64,000 nt of DNA from the NCBI GenBank assembly GCA_016288495.1, contig JAEEZH010000155.1:4804-68803 (forward strand), written 5' to 3'. The translations under genes were made by a program, and so were the position numbers. How positions within the stretch are numbered: the first letter of the stretch is position 1; every line of letters begins with the position of its first letter. Below the pieces are notes generated by a model. It saw only the letters and a list, made by a program, of their open reading frames with translations. It was not told the DNA's origin and did no database searches. Below are positions 1 to 10,477 of the stretch, one piece after another. Origin of the DNA: Lachnospiraceae bacterium. GTDB taxonomy: Bacteria > Bacillota > Clostridia > Lachnospirales > Lachnospiraceae.

Positions 1-31
1 TGGCGCAGACGGAAAATTAGCTGAGTCGGCC

Positions 32-3000
32 ATGTACGAGATCAGTTTTTCAAATGAGGGTGAGGGACGATGCGTAGCAAAAAAAGGAGGCAGTATCATC
101 ACTTTGTCGCCTGTCAGAGCGACAGGGAATAGCCTTATCACTATTGAAGCTATACCGGCTCAGTATTATAAATTTAATCGTTGGCAGGTAGTATCCGGTG
201 GTATCACCCTGGCAGAAAAGACAGCTGCGACCACCACATTTACCCTGGGAACGAATGATGTGGCTATTAAGGCATATTTTGACGAGGACAATTACAGGCA
301 GGTGACTTATAACGGCGGTGCTTATTCTGACGGTACGGTTGTGATCTCACCTTCAAAAAAATATGTAGGCTCGCCCCTTACTCTTTCATCAGCGGTATTC
401 AAAGATAAAAGGGGTAAATATACCCAGACTGGCTGGTCTAAGACGGACGGCGGGGATAAAGATTTTGCCTTGGGTGGAACCTATGAAGCGGATGAGGATA
501 TGACGCTCTATCCTTTCTGGGAGATCAACCATACGGTTAAGTATCTTTTCGGACTTTATCCTCCTGAGGGGAAAAAGACCGGTGATGTGGCTTATGAAGA
601 TGTAAAATGTCCCGGAGCGGATCTTACTATACGCAGTTTTCTGAACATGGGAAATACGGATATTGCTGACAAGACAAAGGATGGGGACGGTCACTGGTAT
701 ATCTGCAGGGGATGGACCACGGATAAAGACAGAGAGTTAAGTGAATATGATCCGGAAGATAAATACACTGCGGATGCGGATCTTACCCTTTATCCCGCCT
801 GGGAGAGGATGTATGAGATCAGATACTCCGGCGGAGATCATGCGGTTGAAACAACGGACCCGGATCCACAGTACAGATATAAGACCGGGGATAATACAAG
901 CGTCTATCTGTATTATGAAAAATATACTGATAGCAGAGGTCTTTACTATCAGGACGGATGGTCTGTCAGATCTGATGGCACGACCAAAGATCATACCTTC
1001 GGCGAATATTATTCAGGGACTGAGGACCTGGATCTTTATCCTTATTGGGAAAAATACATAATTATAACTTATGATCCGGGAGCGTATGGCACAGCCATAA
1101 ATGATGATGCCGTATACGACAAGAAGAAAAAGGGGTATAGCATAGGCTTTTCCGATGCCCTCTTTACCCGTGAGGGTTATACCCAGATAGGCTGGAGCAA
1201 AACAGACGGATCGGCCACGGCAGATTATTCTTTTACGGCCACTTATGGGAAGGATCAGGATATTACGGTCTATCCCGTATGGCAGCAGGATCGTACCATT
1301 ACATATATGCCGGGACACCGTGTTCAGGGGGTCTCTCCTGTCGTGGATGTGAAACATAAGGGCATAGCTTCTACCATAAGGGGTAATATATTTGGCAATG
1401 ATGATCTGGAATTCATTGGATGGAGTGCTGACGGTGAAAATGATACGGTTGAATATGAGCCTTTATCTTCTTATGGGACAGATGAAAATTTGGTCCTGTA
1501 TCCCGTATGGAGAGTCAGATCCTACGCCCTTTGGATCGGTGACACGCAGGTGACAGTGGAGAATAAGGATGATGTAGTTGGGGACGGAAGTGTAAAATAC
1601 GATCCCACAACTTCCACGCTGACACTTAAGGGTGCTCACATAGATTCCTATAAGGACATAAATGAATGGAATACGGATATGGTGAGACGCGCAGGGATCG
1701 TTGCCCTTAATGACACCACTATGCCAAAGGAGGCTGACGCGGACTGTGAAGAAAAGGTACAGATCGCGGACTATGCGTTGAACACGCTTACAATAGTTCC
1801 CGTGGGCGCAGATAATGTGATCGATCCCATCCCGGCTTCGGAAGATGAGATCGCGGTAGTGACATACGGGATCTATTCCTGTGACGTATCACTTGAAGTG
1901 GCAGGGGAGGGTACCCTTACCATAGGCACAGCCACAGCCGGTGCTGATCTGTCGCAGGCGGGTATTTTTGCCAGATCCTCCTATGACTATACCGGCAGGA
2001 AGAATGATTTCAAAAAATCCGGCCCTTCGATCCTTAACATATATGCCGGACATTATGGTTTATGGGTAGATAATATGTATCCCGGCGCCGATGGTGTAGT
2101 GATGAATTACGGTGAGATAAATGTCACGGTTACAGCCTCTGATGCGGCAGCTGTTTATTCCACCCGCGATAGTGCAAAAGCAGTGGTCATGAAGGGCGGA
2201 TCGATGAATCTTTATACCACAGGCAATTCAAAGACGGTGACTCAGGGAGGAGAGTCGTATACCTTTGAGCCTGTTCTTATTAAGGCATATACAGAGAACT
2301 CGGATGCTCTGTTAATGGAGGGAGGTACCCTGAATCTGGAGAATAAGGGAAATGCAGGGTGGAGTATAGATAGTGTGACAGACTCTGATAATCCCGGGGA
2401 AGGAGAAGGCGATGGCCAGGACGGCGGGTATGGATACTATGATGTGAGATATGAAGCCGGTACGGTCACAGCGACTTCAAAGAGCGGGATCATCAAACCC
2501 CATACGTCCTATTATAATCGTGTTTTTATCAATAAAAATGCGGTGATCAAAGCCGGAGCTTCGGCCCAGAGCGCTGTCGTGGTGGAGGATCTGTATCAGG
2601 ATTACAGATATGCTTATATCTCGGGGGGAGTGGCTCCTTCAAAGACATACCTGAATCTTTGGGGGAAGGCAGTGACTGACGATGCCCTGTCGGGAGAAGG
2701 GTACAGTTATGATCCGGCGTCTGGCACTCTCACCCTGACAGGGTTTGAAGGTATGACCGATGTTTTTGGCGAAGAAGAGTGCGCCGAAGGTGAAGAAGCG
2801 GGGACATACGGCATAGAATGTGATTCTTCTCTTATAATAAATCTTGAGGGAGTATCCTCCATAGGTCTGGGGGATGCCACCCCCAGTCATGGCATATATA
2901 TCGGAGGTGATCTTGAGATAACGGGCGACGGTCATCTGGATCTGGCGGGGTCATCTTTCGGCATGTATGTAAATAATGATGTGAAAATGAAGAGCGGCAG

Positions 3001-5521
3001 TGTGGATGTTTGTTCGGGAGGACAATACGGAATATTCTGTTATGGTGATGTTTATGTTTCAGGCGGAAATCTGGATGTGACGGGATCAAAGGCGGACAAA
3101 GAAATAACTGAATCGGACAGCAAAAGTGATTATGGTATATCTGCCGGGAATATAACCGTCACCGGGGGTGAATTGAACGTCCGGGCCGGCTGTTTAGGAA
3201 TAGATCTGAATGAATTTGATCATGGTATATTTACACAGACCGGAGGTCATGTGGTCATAATGGCTACAGGCGGTAAGAACCCTGAAAATATCACCCGATA
3301 CGATCCCCGCGGCGTATGCGGCCTGCAGGGGTCGAAGGCTGATATAAAGGGGGGCGATCTGTATGTATCCGCTTATAACAGAGCGGTAAGTCTTTATGAT
3401 TATGCTCAGAGTGGCGGAAATGTGAGCTTTGTGTCAGAATGCCGGGATAATACGTTCCCTTATTATAACGGAAACGAGACTTTAGACTATTATAATATGG
3501 CTTTTCGTGCGGCAAGCGGATCTAATGGCGATGACCAAAATCTTATTTCCGTTACAGGCGGCAGTCTTTACTGCGAGAGTGAACATATGGTTATGAGCGC
3601 AGACAAAGATCACAGACTGGTCATTCGGGGCGGTCTTGTCAGGCTGAATCCGAGAAGCAGTAAAATAGTACAGCGTTATGGAAGTTGTGCTCAGGTCCGG
3701 TATGTGGATATCTACGATGGCAGACTGGAGGCGAAAGGAAGCCAGTATGGATTCTTTTATGGAACGTACTCGTCTTCTCTTGTCAATATGAATGTATATG
3801 GGGGAAGTCTTCTGATAGATCTTTCCGAATGTACAGACAGTGAAAACAGATACCCTGTGTACAAAAGCCTGAGCATAAAGATGCCGGTCTGGGGATATAA
3901 GACGGCAAAGGACGGGAATTATGCCATAGGCATGAGTAATGGTAATAATGGCTATATTGATTTTTGCGATTACTACGATGGAACCGGAAAATACGATTAT
4001 GTGGAAGTCTGCGCTATAAATACGGTCATCTATAAGCCCGGTGTAAACGGCAGCGGAGAAAGTATCAAAGCCCTGAAGATAGGCGGTGAGCCTCTTATGT
4101 TGAAGGGTGCCGTATTTACCAGGGAAGGTTTTGTCCAGACCGGCTGGTCCAAAACAGACGGAGAGGCAAAGGTTTTTGATCTGGGAGCTTCATATGACAG
4201 GGATGAAGGAGTCACTCTGTATCCGGTATGGAAAGAGTCAAGGAAGATCAGTTATAAGCCGGGAGACGGTGTACAGGGGCAGGAATATGATGATCAGGTG
4301 CCTGAGAACAGCGATGTGATACTGAGGGGAAAGACCTATACAAAGGCAAACGCGGTACAAAAGGGCTGGAATACCGCTTCTGACGGCATGGGCAAGGGGT
4401 ATGCCCTGCAGGAGGTTGTGACGGTGTCAGGCAATATGATCCTTTATCCTTCGTGGGATGAGACCATAAGGGTGACATATGAAAAGGGCATCAGGGGAAC
4501 GGGATTTAGCTGGTCTGAAATACATGGTGTGGGCTCCGCCTTCACCCTTGAGGATGCAATTTTTACCAGAATCGGGTATACTATGGATGGTTGGGCTCTT
4601 TCTGACGGAGGGGCAAAGGTATATGATCTGGAACAAAGCGTAAGCTTTGATGAGGATACCGTACTCTATCCCGCATGGAAGATTAATAAGAGTGTGGAGC
4701 CTGATGATCCTTCGGGCTCGTCGTCGAGTTCATCGTCGAGTTCGACTTCTTCATCGAGCACGAGGCCGAATACATCATCGAGCACAAGACCTGATAATAC
4801 ATCGAGTACGAGGCCGGATACATCATCGAGCACTAAGCCTGATAATACATCAAGCACTAAGCCGGATGCTTCCTCCTCTTCGGATAAGAAGGACGACACA
4901 TCATCAGCTAAAAAAGATGACACATCATCATCAGCTCAGCAGGGCGGGGATGAAAACGGCTTGACCGGACCGTTGAAAAAGACGGATGTGACCTGCAGTG
5001 TAAAGGATGAAAACGGTAAGCTTCTTGTTGACAGCGTATGGGCGACCACCTATGTGACCTATGACCAGAAGAAGCATGTGGCCGCAGCCACCGCAAAGGC
5101 CGGAAAGGAAACAGGCGATGTCACGGTAAAGGTGGAGGGTGAGATACACGGTTATGCCGCGCCTGTTTATAAGTTTAAAAACAATAAGGATGCATCCGGC
5201 AAAAAGCAGCCCTTCTTCACCGTTGGTTTCAAGGCGTCAAAGAGCGCGACGAAGGAACAGAAAAAGCTTATCAAGGCTGTGAATAAGGAACTTAAGAATC
5301 AGAGGATCGGCTTTGACATAAAGCCTGCTGATCTGACCACAGCCGTGGTTACAGGTAGCAAGGGTGATCCTAAAAAGGGTAAGCTGTCCTGGTTCACCGT
5401 GAGTCTTAACGGCAATACCTTTAAGCTTAAGAAGAAGGATTTTGACTTCACCGCAAAAGACGAAGGCTTTGAGGTGAAGGGCAAGGGTAACTTTACCGGA
5501 ACCGTATTAGTAAAACAGTAA
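32..5521 (+). CDS. Very large secreted/cell-surface protein with eight Listeria-Bacteroides (InlB B-repeat-like) repeats, a Gly/Ser/Tyr-rich central region, a Ser/Thr/Pro-rich linker and a Lys-rich C-terminal module
   Basis: Uninterrupted 1829-aa ORF. It has recurring units ending ...F.R.GY.Q.GWS.TDG......LYP.W (5 N-terminal, 3 C-terminal). The frame is open back to position 2, so the true start may lie upstream of the window. No LPXTG motif was seen. Confidence 0.7.
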   Translation: MYEISFSNEGEGRCVAKKGGSIITLSPVRATGNSLITIEAIPAQYYKFNRWQVVSGGITLAEKTAATTTFTLGTNDVAIKAYFDEDNYRQVTYNGGAYSDGTVVISPSKKYVGSPLTLSSAVFKDKRGKYTQTGWSKTDGGDKDFALGGTYEADEDMTLYPFWEINHTVKYLFGLYPPEGKKTGDVAYEDVKCPGADLTIRSFLNMGNTDIADKTKDGDGHWYICRGWTTDKDRELSEYDPEDKYTADADLTLYPAWERMYEIRYSGGDHAVETTDPDPQYRYKTGDNTSVYLYYEKYTDSRGLYYQDGWSVRSDGTTKDHTFGEYYSGTEDLDLYPYWEKYIIITYDPGAYGTAINDDAVYDKKKKGYSIGFSDALFTREGYTQIGWSKTDGSATADYSFTATYGKDQDITVYPVWQQDRTITYMPGHRVQGVSPVVDVKHKGIASTIRGNIFGNDDLEFIGWSADGENDTVEYEPLSSYGTDENLVLYPVWRVRSYALWIGDTQVTVENKDDVVGDGSVKYDPTTSTLTLKGAHIDSYKDINEWNTDMVRRAGIVALNDTTMPKEADADCEEKVQIADYALNTLTIVPVGADNVIDPIPASEDEIAVVTYGIYSCDVSLEVAGEGTLTIGTATAGADLSQAGIFARSSYDYTGRKNDFKKSGPSILNIYAGHYGLWVDNMYPGADGVVMNYGEINVTVTASDAAAVYSTRDSAKAVVMKGGSMNLYTTGNSKTVTQGGESYTFEPVLIKAYTENSDALLMEGGTLNLENKGNAGWSIDSVTDSDNPGEGEGDGQDGGYGYYDVRYEAGTVTATSKSGIIKPHTSYYNRVFINKNAVIKAGASAQSAVVVEDLYQDYRYAYISGGVAPSKTYLNLWGKAVTDDALSGEGYSYDPASGTLTLTGFEGMTDVFGEEECAEGEEAGTYGIECDSSLIINLEGVSSIGLGDATPSHGIYIGGDLEITGDGHLDLAGSSFGMYVNNDVKMKSGSVDVCSGGQYGIFCYGDVYVSGGNLDVTGSKADKEITESDSKSDYGISAGNITVTGGELNVRAGCLGIDLNEFDHGIFTQTGGHVVIMATGGKNPENITRYDPRGVCGLQGSKADIKGGDLYVSAYNRAVSLYDYAQSGGNVSFVSECRDNTFPYYNGNETLDYYNMAFRAASGSNGDDQNLISVTGGSLYCESEHMVMSADKDHRLVIRGGLVRLNPRSSKIVQRYGSCAQVRYVDIYDGRLEAKGSQYGFFYGTYSSSLVNMNVYGGSLLIDLSECTDSENRYPVYKSLSIKMPVWGYKTAKDGNYAIGMSNGNNGYIDFCDYYDGTGKYDYVEVCAINTVIYKPGVNGSGESIKALKIGGEPLMLKGAVFTREGFVQTGWSKTDGEAKVFDLGASYDRDEGVTLYPVWKESRKISYKPGDGVQGQEYDDQVPENSDVILRGKTYTKANAVQKGWNTASDGMGKGYALQEVVTVSGNMILYPSWDETIRVTYEKGIRGTGFSWSEIHGVGSAFTLEDAIFTRIGYTMDGWALSDGGAKVYDLEQSVSFDEDTVLYPAWKINKSVEPDDPSGSSSSSSSSSTSSSSTRPNTSSSTRPDNTSSTRPDTSSSTKPDNTSSTKPDASSSSDKKDDTSSAKKDDTSSSAQQGGDENGLTGPLKKTDVTCSVKDENGKLLVDSVWATTYVTYDQKKHVAAATAKAGKETGDVTVKVEGEIHGYAAPVYKFKNNKDASGKKQPFFTVGFKASKSATKEQKKLIKAVNKELKNQRIGFDIKPADLTTAVVTGSKGDPKKGKLSWFTVSLNGNTFKLKKKDFDFTAKDEGFEVKGKGNFTGTVLVKQ
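4716..4935 (+). repeat. Coding low-complexity tandem repeat (SSTRPDNTS / SSTKPDNTS units)
   Basis: Direct reading of the DNA and the translation (SSSSSSSSSTSSSSTRPNTSSSTRPDNTSSTRPDTSSSTKPDNTSSTKPD...). Confidence 0.8.
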
Positions 5522-5529
5522 GGACGATA

Positions 5530-6333
5530 ATGAGATTAAATATTCTTGTAACAGGTAAAAACAGAAGTATTGTCAAGGATGTGTGTTCTTTTCTGCAGAG
5601 TGAAAAGGGTTTTAATCCCCTGAGCTGCGAACCGTACAGAAATACACTTTTCGATATCATGCTGGACGGTCTGCCTCCCGTGGTGATCATATGCCTGGGA
5701 GATGAGAATGAGGAGTCCATAGCATCCTATAATGTGATCCATGACGCTGTCAGCCGGGGAGAATGCCTGGTGGTAGTGGTCACGAACAAAAAGGACGAAG
5801 AGGTTTTTATCCGGTATTCGCGGCTGGAAAGTGTGCTCTTTCTGCCCAGACCCATTTCCTTCACCGTTTTAAGGGAAAAGCTGGCGGAAATAAAGACTAC
5901 GGTGGAAAAGAGAAAGGAACAGAATCTTTCTCTATTCCGCGAATATGTCAATGAAAAGGAATACTATACAAAAAAGAATATCCTGGTGGTGGATGACGAT
6001 CCCGATTATCTGGCTCATATCAAGGAACAGCTGGAGGAGTTTTACAGGGTGACCTGTGTGAGATCGGGTGCAGATGCTTATAAGTCCCTTATCAGGGAGA
6101 TACCGGATCTTATCCTTTTGGATTATCTGATGCCGGATGAAAACGGTCCGGCGGTGCTGAGACGTATACAGGCGTCATCGGACTGGTGCGATATCCCGGT
6201 TATCTTTCTGACCGGGGTGAGCGAGAAGAGTGCGGTACTCCAGACTCTGACCGAGCTGCGGCCTCAGGGCTATGTGGTGAAGCCTTGTAAAAGATCCGAG
6301 CTGGTGGCAAAGATAATCGACGTTTTGGAATGA
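5530..6333 (+). CDS. Response regulator: degenerate N-terminal receiver-like region plus a C-terminal REC domain, with no output domain
   Basis: The C-terminal half reads NILVVDDDPDYL...DLILLDYLMPDENG...IPVIFLTG...KP, the canonical CheY-like receiver motifs. Confidence 0.75.
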   Translation: MRLNILVTGKNRSIVKDVCSFLQSEKGFNPLSCEPYRNTLFDIMLDGLPPVVIICLGDENEESIASYNVIHDAVSRGECLVVVVTNKKDEEVFIRYSRLESVLFLPRPISFTVLREKLAEIKTTVEKRKEQNLSLFREYVNEKEYYTKKNILVVDDDPDYLAHIKEQLEEFYRVTCVRSGADAYKSLIREIPDLILLDYLMPDENGPAVLRRIQASSDWCDIPVIFLTGVSEKSAVLQTLTELRPQGYVVKPCKRSELVAKIIDVLE

Positions 6334-6336
6334 CAC

Positions 6337-6417
6337 CCGGTCATGACATTCTGATATCCGGTCATGTCATTCTGATATCCGGTCATGTCATTCTGAGCGA
6401 AGCGAAGAATCCTGACA
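6337..6417 (+). repeat. REP/MITE-like element locus 1: three 21-bp tandem half-units (CCGGTCATGTCATTCTGATAT), the last extended to ...GAGCGAAGCGAAGAATCCTGACAG
   Basis: Read directly from the sequence. It shares the GTCATTCTGAG...GAAGAATC core with nine other loci in this window. Confidence 0.85.
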
Positions 6418-6456
6418 GCGTGGGCATATCGACAAAAGTGAGGTAGGAGGACATAT

Positions 6457-7746
6457 ATGACAAAGAAACTGATAAGCATTTTCCTTACAGCGGCCATGGT
6501 CGTATTGATGACGGCATGTTCCGGTTCACCGGCTGTATCCGATACGGCTGTCAACACGGGCAGCGGTGAGACCGAAGAAAAGACAGGGGATAAAGGAGAA
6601 ACTCAGGAACAGGCTCCTGAGGAGGATGATACAGATGACTTTCGCATAGGCATAGTTACCGGTTCTTTTTCCCAGTCGGAGGATGACAGGCGCGGTGCTG
6701 AAGCCTTTCAGGAAAAATATGGTGAGGACCGGGTGACCCTTGCCATTTATCCTGATAATTTTACGGAGGAATTCGAGGTTACGGTCCAGACTATCGTGAA
6801 CCTGTCCGAGGATCCGAAGATGAAGGCCATCATTGTCAACCAGGCTGTGGACGGGACAGTGGAAGCCTTCCGCAGGATAAAGGAGACCAGACCTGATATC
6901 CTTTGTATCGCCGGAGAGCCCTACGAGGATTTCGCCGATATCGAGGAGGTTGCGGATTTTGTGGTTTGCTCCGATTTCGTGGGACGTGGTTATCTGATGA
7001 TACATACGGCGCATGAGCTGGGCTGCGACACCTTTGTACATATCTCGTTCCCCCGTCATCTTTCCTATGAGACCGTTTCCAGACTGGTGGCCATCATGAG
7101 GGCAGCCTGTGGGGAATTCGACATGAAATTTGAGATGGAGGAAGCTCCCGATCCCACGACGGAGGTGGGAGTTCCCGGAGCCCAGTTTTTTATCACCGAG
7201 CACGTGCCCGAGTGGGTGGAAAAATACGGTCCCAATTCGGCGTATTTCTGCACGAATGATGCCCATACGGAGCCGCTTATAAAAGCGCTTATGGAGCATG
7301 GGGGCTACTTTATAGAAGCAGACCTCCCCTCTCCTCTCATGGGTTATCCCGGAGCTCTGGATCTTGACTTGAGTAACGAGGAGGGTGATTTTGAAAAGAT
7401 CCTCGACAAGGTGGAAAAAGCGGTAGTGGAAAAGGGGGGCGCAGGCAGGTTCGGAACCTGGACTTATTCCTACGGATATGCATGTTCTGCGGGGCTGGCA
7501 GAGCATGCCAGAAACGTGATCCTGGGTGAGAGCGATCTCACTGATATCAATGATCTGTCCAAGGCGTACCGTGTATTTTCACCCAAGGCTGAGTGGAACG
7601 GATCCCAGTATACGGAGGCAAAGACCGGAGCAAGATCCGATAAGATATTCCTGATCTATCAGGATACATATATAATGGGTGATCCGGGACATTACATGGG
7701 CGTGACCAAGCTGGAGGTTCCCGAAAAATATTTTACCATAGAATGA
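6457..7746 (+). CDS. Lipoprotein, periplasmic-binding-protein-like (resembles the DUF3798 family)
   Basis: It has a signal peptide with a lipobox (LMTAC), an acidic linker, then an alpha/beta binding-protein-like body. The family assignment is from memory, not a search. A GGAGG RBS lies upstream. Confidence 0.5.
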   Translation: MTKKLISIFLTAAMVVLMTACSGSPAVSDTAVNTGSGETEEKTGDKGETQEQAPEEDDTDDFRIGIVTGSFSQSEDDRRGAEAFQEKYGEDRVTLAIYPDNFTEEFEVTVQTIVNLSEDPKMKAIIVNQAVDGTVEAFRRIKETRPDILCIAGEPYEDFADIEEVADFVVCSDFVGRGYLMIHTAHELGCDTFVHISFPRHLSYETVSRLVAIMRAACGEFDMKFEMEEAPDPTTEVGVPGAQFFITEHVPEWVEKYGPNSAYFCTNDAHTEPLIKALMEHGGYFIEADLPSPLMGYPGALDLDLSNEEGDFEKILDKVEKAVVEKGGAGRFGTWTYSYGYACSAGLAEHARNVILGESDLTDINDLSKAYRVFSPKAEWNGSQYTEAKTGARSDKIFLIYQDTYIMGDPGHYMGVTKLEVPEKYFTIE

Positions 7747-7771
7747 TCTGAAGGGATCATCGCAGGACAGG

Positions 7772-10258
7772 GTGCGTATATTGGATAAGAAAAAGAAAAA
7801 CAGATTCAAGGTTTCAGACGAATACAGTCATAAAAAACACAGTATGGTGATACCTCTCATACTGGTGTTTATTTTTGTGGCCGTTATGGTGGGCTATACT
7901 TCAAAGCTCATATATAATGTGGCTGTGCTCAATTCCAGCGCGGTCATTGAAGACAGGATGAAGAATGTTTCATCACTGATCGAGAATCATCTGAACACAG
8001 CCGAAAACGTGCTTCAGATCACAGCCGATTCCGTGCATCACATGCTGATCAGCGGTTCCACCCCGGCACGTATACATGAATTTCTGGTGGAAGAGACGGA
8101 CAATGTGACGGAACAGTTCGGTGAGAACTATAATGGGATCTACGGTTATATCATGAGCAAATATATGGACGGACTGAACTGGGAGCCGCCTGAGGGCTAC
8201 GATCCCAAGATCCGTGACTGGTATGTGGTGGCGAGGCAGGCCGACGGCGAGGTGGCTTTTGTGCCGCCCTATGTGGACGCGCAGACGGGAAGCCTCATCA
8301 TTTCCGTGAGCAGGATGCTGCCGGATCGGCAGAACATCCTGTCCCTTGATGTGCAGCTGGACGGTATCCAGTCCATGATGAAGGAACTGACCATAAACGG
8401 AAAGGGTTACGGCTTTGTCATCGATGAGACCGGAATGATCATTGCCCACAGGGATGAGGAGAAAAAAGGCACGTATGTTACCTCGTATCCCGGCGGATAT
8501 GAGCTTTTGTCCGTTATCAAAAATGAGGGCTCGGGACGTTTTTCCAGCATGTTTGACGGGGAAAAGAGCACGGTCTTCGTAAACAGTATAAAGAACCACT
8601 GGCATGTGGTCATGGTCGTCAGCAATCATGAGCTATATGCGGAGGTGACCAGACAGCTGGTCATAAATGTATTTATCTGTACCCTGGTATTTGTCATGAT
8701 CGCCGTTCTGTATTATGTCGGTCATAAGAATGAGCGCAGCTACGCAAAGAGCGTGGAGGAGATGAAGCTTGAGGAGCAGAAGGCAGCGTATGAGAGAAAG
8801 GTGCTGGAGCTGGAAAAGGATGCGGCGAACGCATCGAACAAGGCAAAGAGTGATTTCCTGGCTAACATGTCCCATGAGATAAGGACGCCCATGAATGCCA
8901 TTCTGGGTATGGATGAGATGATACTCCGTTCTTATCCCGGGGATCCCATCAGAAAGTACGCTTTGAATATCCAGAGTGCCGGCAGGACGCTTTTGTCCAT
9001 AATCAACGGTATCCTGGATTTCTCCAAGATCGAGTCGGGCAAGATGGATCTGATACCCGTCGAATACAGTTTCGCTTCGGTCATTAATGATATCGTTAAC
9101 ATGACGATGAAAAGGGCCCAGGATAAGGGGCTCAAATATGAGATAAAGGTCGATGAGAATATCCCGTCCACGCTTCTGGGTGACGAGATCAGAGTCCGTC
9201 AGGTCATGCTCAATCTCATCAACAATGCCATTAAATATACCCATGAGGGCAGCGTATCCATAGATGTGTCCTATGACAAGGCAGACCGGATGCTGCAGTT
9301 CTCAGTGAGCGATACAGGTATCGGTATAAAGAGCGAAGATCTGGACAAGCTTTTCGCTTCCTTCCAGCGGCTGGAGGAGGATAAGAACAGAAATATCGAG
9401 GGTACGGGTCTGGGCCTTAATATAGCCATGCGCCTGGTGGAGATGATGGAAGGCTCCATCGATGTAAAGAGTGTATACGGCGAGGGCACTACATTTACGG
9501 CAAAGATGAAGCAGACCATCGTGGATGAAAATCCCATAGGAGATTTTGCCCAGAATATCTCAAAAATGCAGGAACATATCGATGAATACAAGCCTGCGCT
9601 TGTGGCTCCCTCTGCCCGGGTGCTTATTGTGGATGACAATGAGATGAATCTGGAGGTTATAGAGTCGCTTCTTAAGGAAACCAGGATAAAAGTGACCACT
9701 GCCCAGTCAGGTATGGAATGCATCAGTATTCTTGAAAAGGGCGTTTTTGACATGATCCTGCTGGACCAGATGATGCCCGGCATGTCAGGTAACAGAACCC
9801 TGGAGATGATCAGGGATCAGCATCTGGCGGACGGTACGCCTGTGATCGCCCTTACTGCCGATGCCATAACAGGAGCCCGGGAGTTCTATATCAAGGCGGG
9901 TTTCACAGATTATCTTTCAAAACCCGTGATGTACGCGGATCTGGAAAATATTTTGCTGAAATACATCGATCCGTCCCTGCTGCTTACTCCCGAACAGCTT
10001 AAGGAGGAAGAGGCAAAGGAGGCGGCGAAAAAAGAAGCGGATAAGGCTGATGACAGGGAAAAGAGCGTGATCCTGGTGATAAACGATTCCCCGGAGAAGC
10101 TCAAGGATCTGAAGGAAGCCATAGGCGGACATTACAAGGGCGTTTTTGTCAGGAATGAGGAGAGCGCATCAAAATATCTGGAGAAGCATGAGGCAGAGTT
10201 CGTTCTGAGGGCAGTACCTCGCTGTCATTCTGAGGAACGTAGTGACGAAGAATCTTGA
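7772..10258 (+). CDS. Hybrid sensor histidine kinase (TM - dCache - TM - HisKA - HATPase_c - REC)
   Basis: It has the H-box MSHEIRTPMNAILG, N-box LINNAIKYT, G-boxes DTGIGI/GTGLGL and receiver VLIVDDNEMN...LLDQMMPGMSG...KP. A Cache-like extracytoplasmic region contains DWY...PPYVDAQTGSLIISVS. The start is GTG/uncertain, and the last 12 codons lie inside a REP-like element. Confidence 0.9.
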   Translation: MRILDKKKKNRFKVSDEYSHKKHSMVIPLILVFIFVAVMVGYTSKLIYNVAVLNSSAVIEDRMKNVSSLIENHLNTAENVLQITADSVHHMLISGSTPARIHEFLVEETDNVTEQFGENYNGIYGYIMSKYMDGLNWEPPEGYDPKIRDWYVVARQADGEVAFVPPYVDAQTGSLIISVSRMLPDRQNILSLDVQLDGIQSMMKELTINGKGYGFVIDETGMIIAHRDEEKKGTYVTSYPGGYELLSVIKNEGSGRFSSMFDGEKSTVFVNSIKNHWHVVMVVSNHELYAEVTRQLVINVFICTLVFVMIAVLYYVGHKNERSYAKSVEEMKLEEQKAAYERKVLELEKDAANASNKAKSDFLANMSHEIRTPMNAILGMDEMILRSYPGDPIRKYALNIQSAGRTLLSIINGILDFSKIESGKMDLIPVEYSFASVINDIVNMTMKRAQDKGLKYEIKVDENIPSTLLGDEIRVRQVMLNLINNAIKYTHEGSVSIDVSYDKADRMLQFSVSDTGIGIKSEDLDKLFASFQRLEEDKNRNIEGTGLGLNIAMRLVEMMEGSIDVKSVYGEGTTFTAKMKQTIVDENPIGDFAQNISKMQEHIDEYKPALVAPSARVLIVDDNEMNLEVIESLLKETRIKVTTAQSGMECISILEKGVFDMILLDQMMPGMSGNRTLEMIRDQHLADGTPVIALTADAITGAREFYIKAGFTDYLSKPVMYADLENILLKYIDPSLLLTPEQLKEEEAKEAAKKEADKADDREKSVILVINDSPEKLKDLKEAIGGHYKGVFVRNEESASKYLEKHEAEFVLRAVPRCHSEERSDEES

Positions 10259-10460
10259 TAGTGTAAAGCATACTGTGAAAAAGATCCTTCGGCTAAAGCC
10301 TCAGGATGACCGTAGGATGTTGTCAGAGTGTTAGTTGTCATCCGGTAATGTCATTCTGAGTGCACTACACCCACCTGTCATTCTGAGTGCACTACACTCA
10401 CCTGTCATTCTGAGTGCACTACACTCACCTGTCATTCTGAGCGAAGCGAAGAATCTTGAT
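10222..10460 (+). repeat. REP/MITE-like element locus 2: one full palindromic unit, three 27-28-bp tandem half-units, and one terminal half-unit
   Basis: The full unit CTGTCATTCTGAGGAACGTAGTGACGAAGAATCTTGA...AAGATCCTTCGGCTAAAGCCTCAGGATGAC (10222-10310) is a long inverted repeat. It is followed by TGTCATTCTGAGTGCACTACAC(C/T)CACC x3 and GTCATTCTGAGCGAAGCGAAGAATCTTGAT. Confidence 0.9.
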
Positions 10461-10477
10461 AAAGAGGGAGACGAATT

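Noticed and set aside
6526-7506. 326-aa minus-strand ORF
   Set aside because: It lies entirely antisense to the well-supported lipoprotein gene 6457-7746. It has no RBS or domain features, so it is a shadow ORF.
7973-9783. Minus-strand ORFs 7973-8629, 8633-9244 and 9271-9783
   Set aside because: All three are antisense to the hybrid histidine kinase, which has a full motif complement.
10201-10258. Treating the C-terminal CHSEERSDEES peptide of the kinase (and similar peptides in other ORF extensions) as a conserved protein motif
   Set aside because: It is the translation of the REP-like DNA element, and it recurs in non-coding contexts in several frames.
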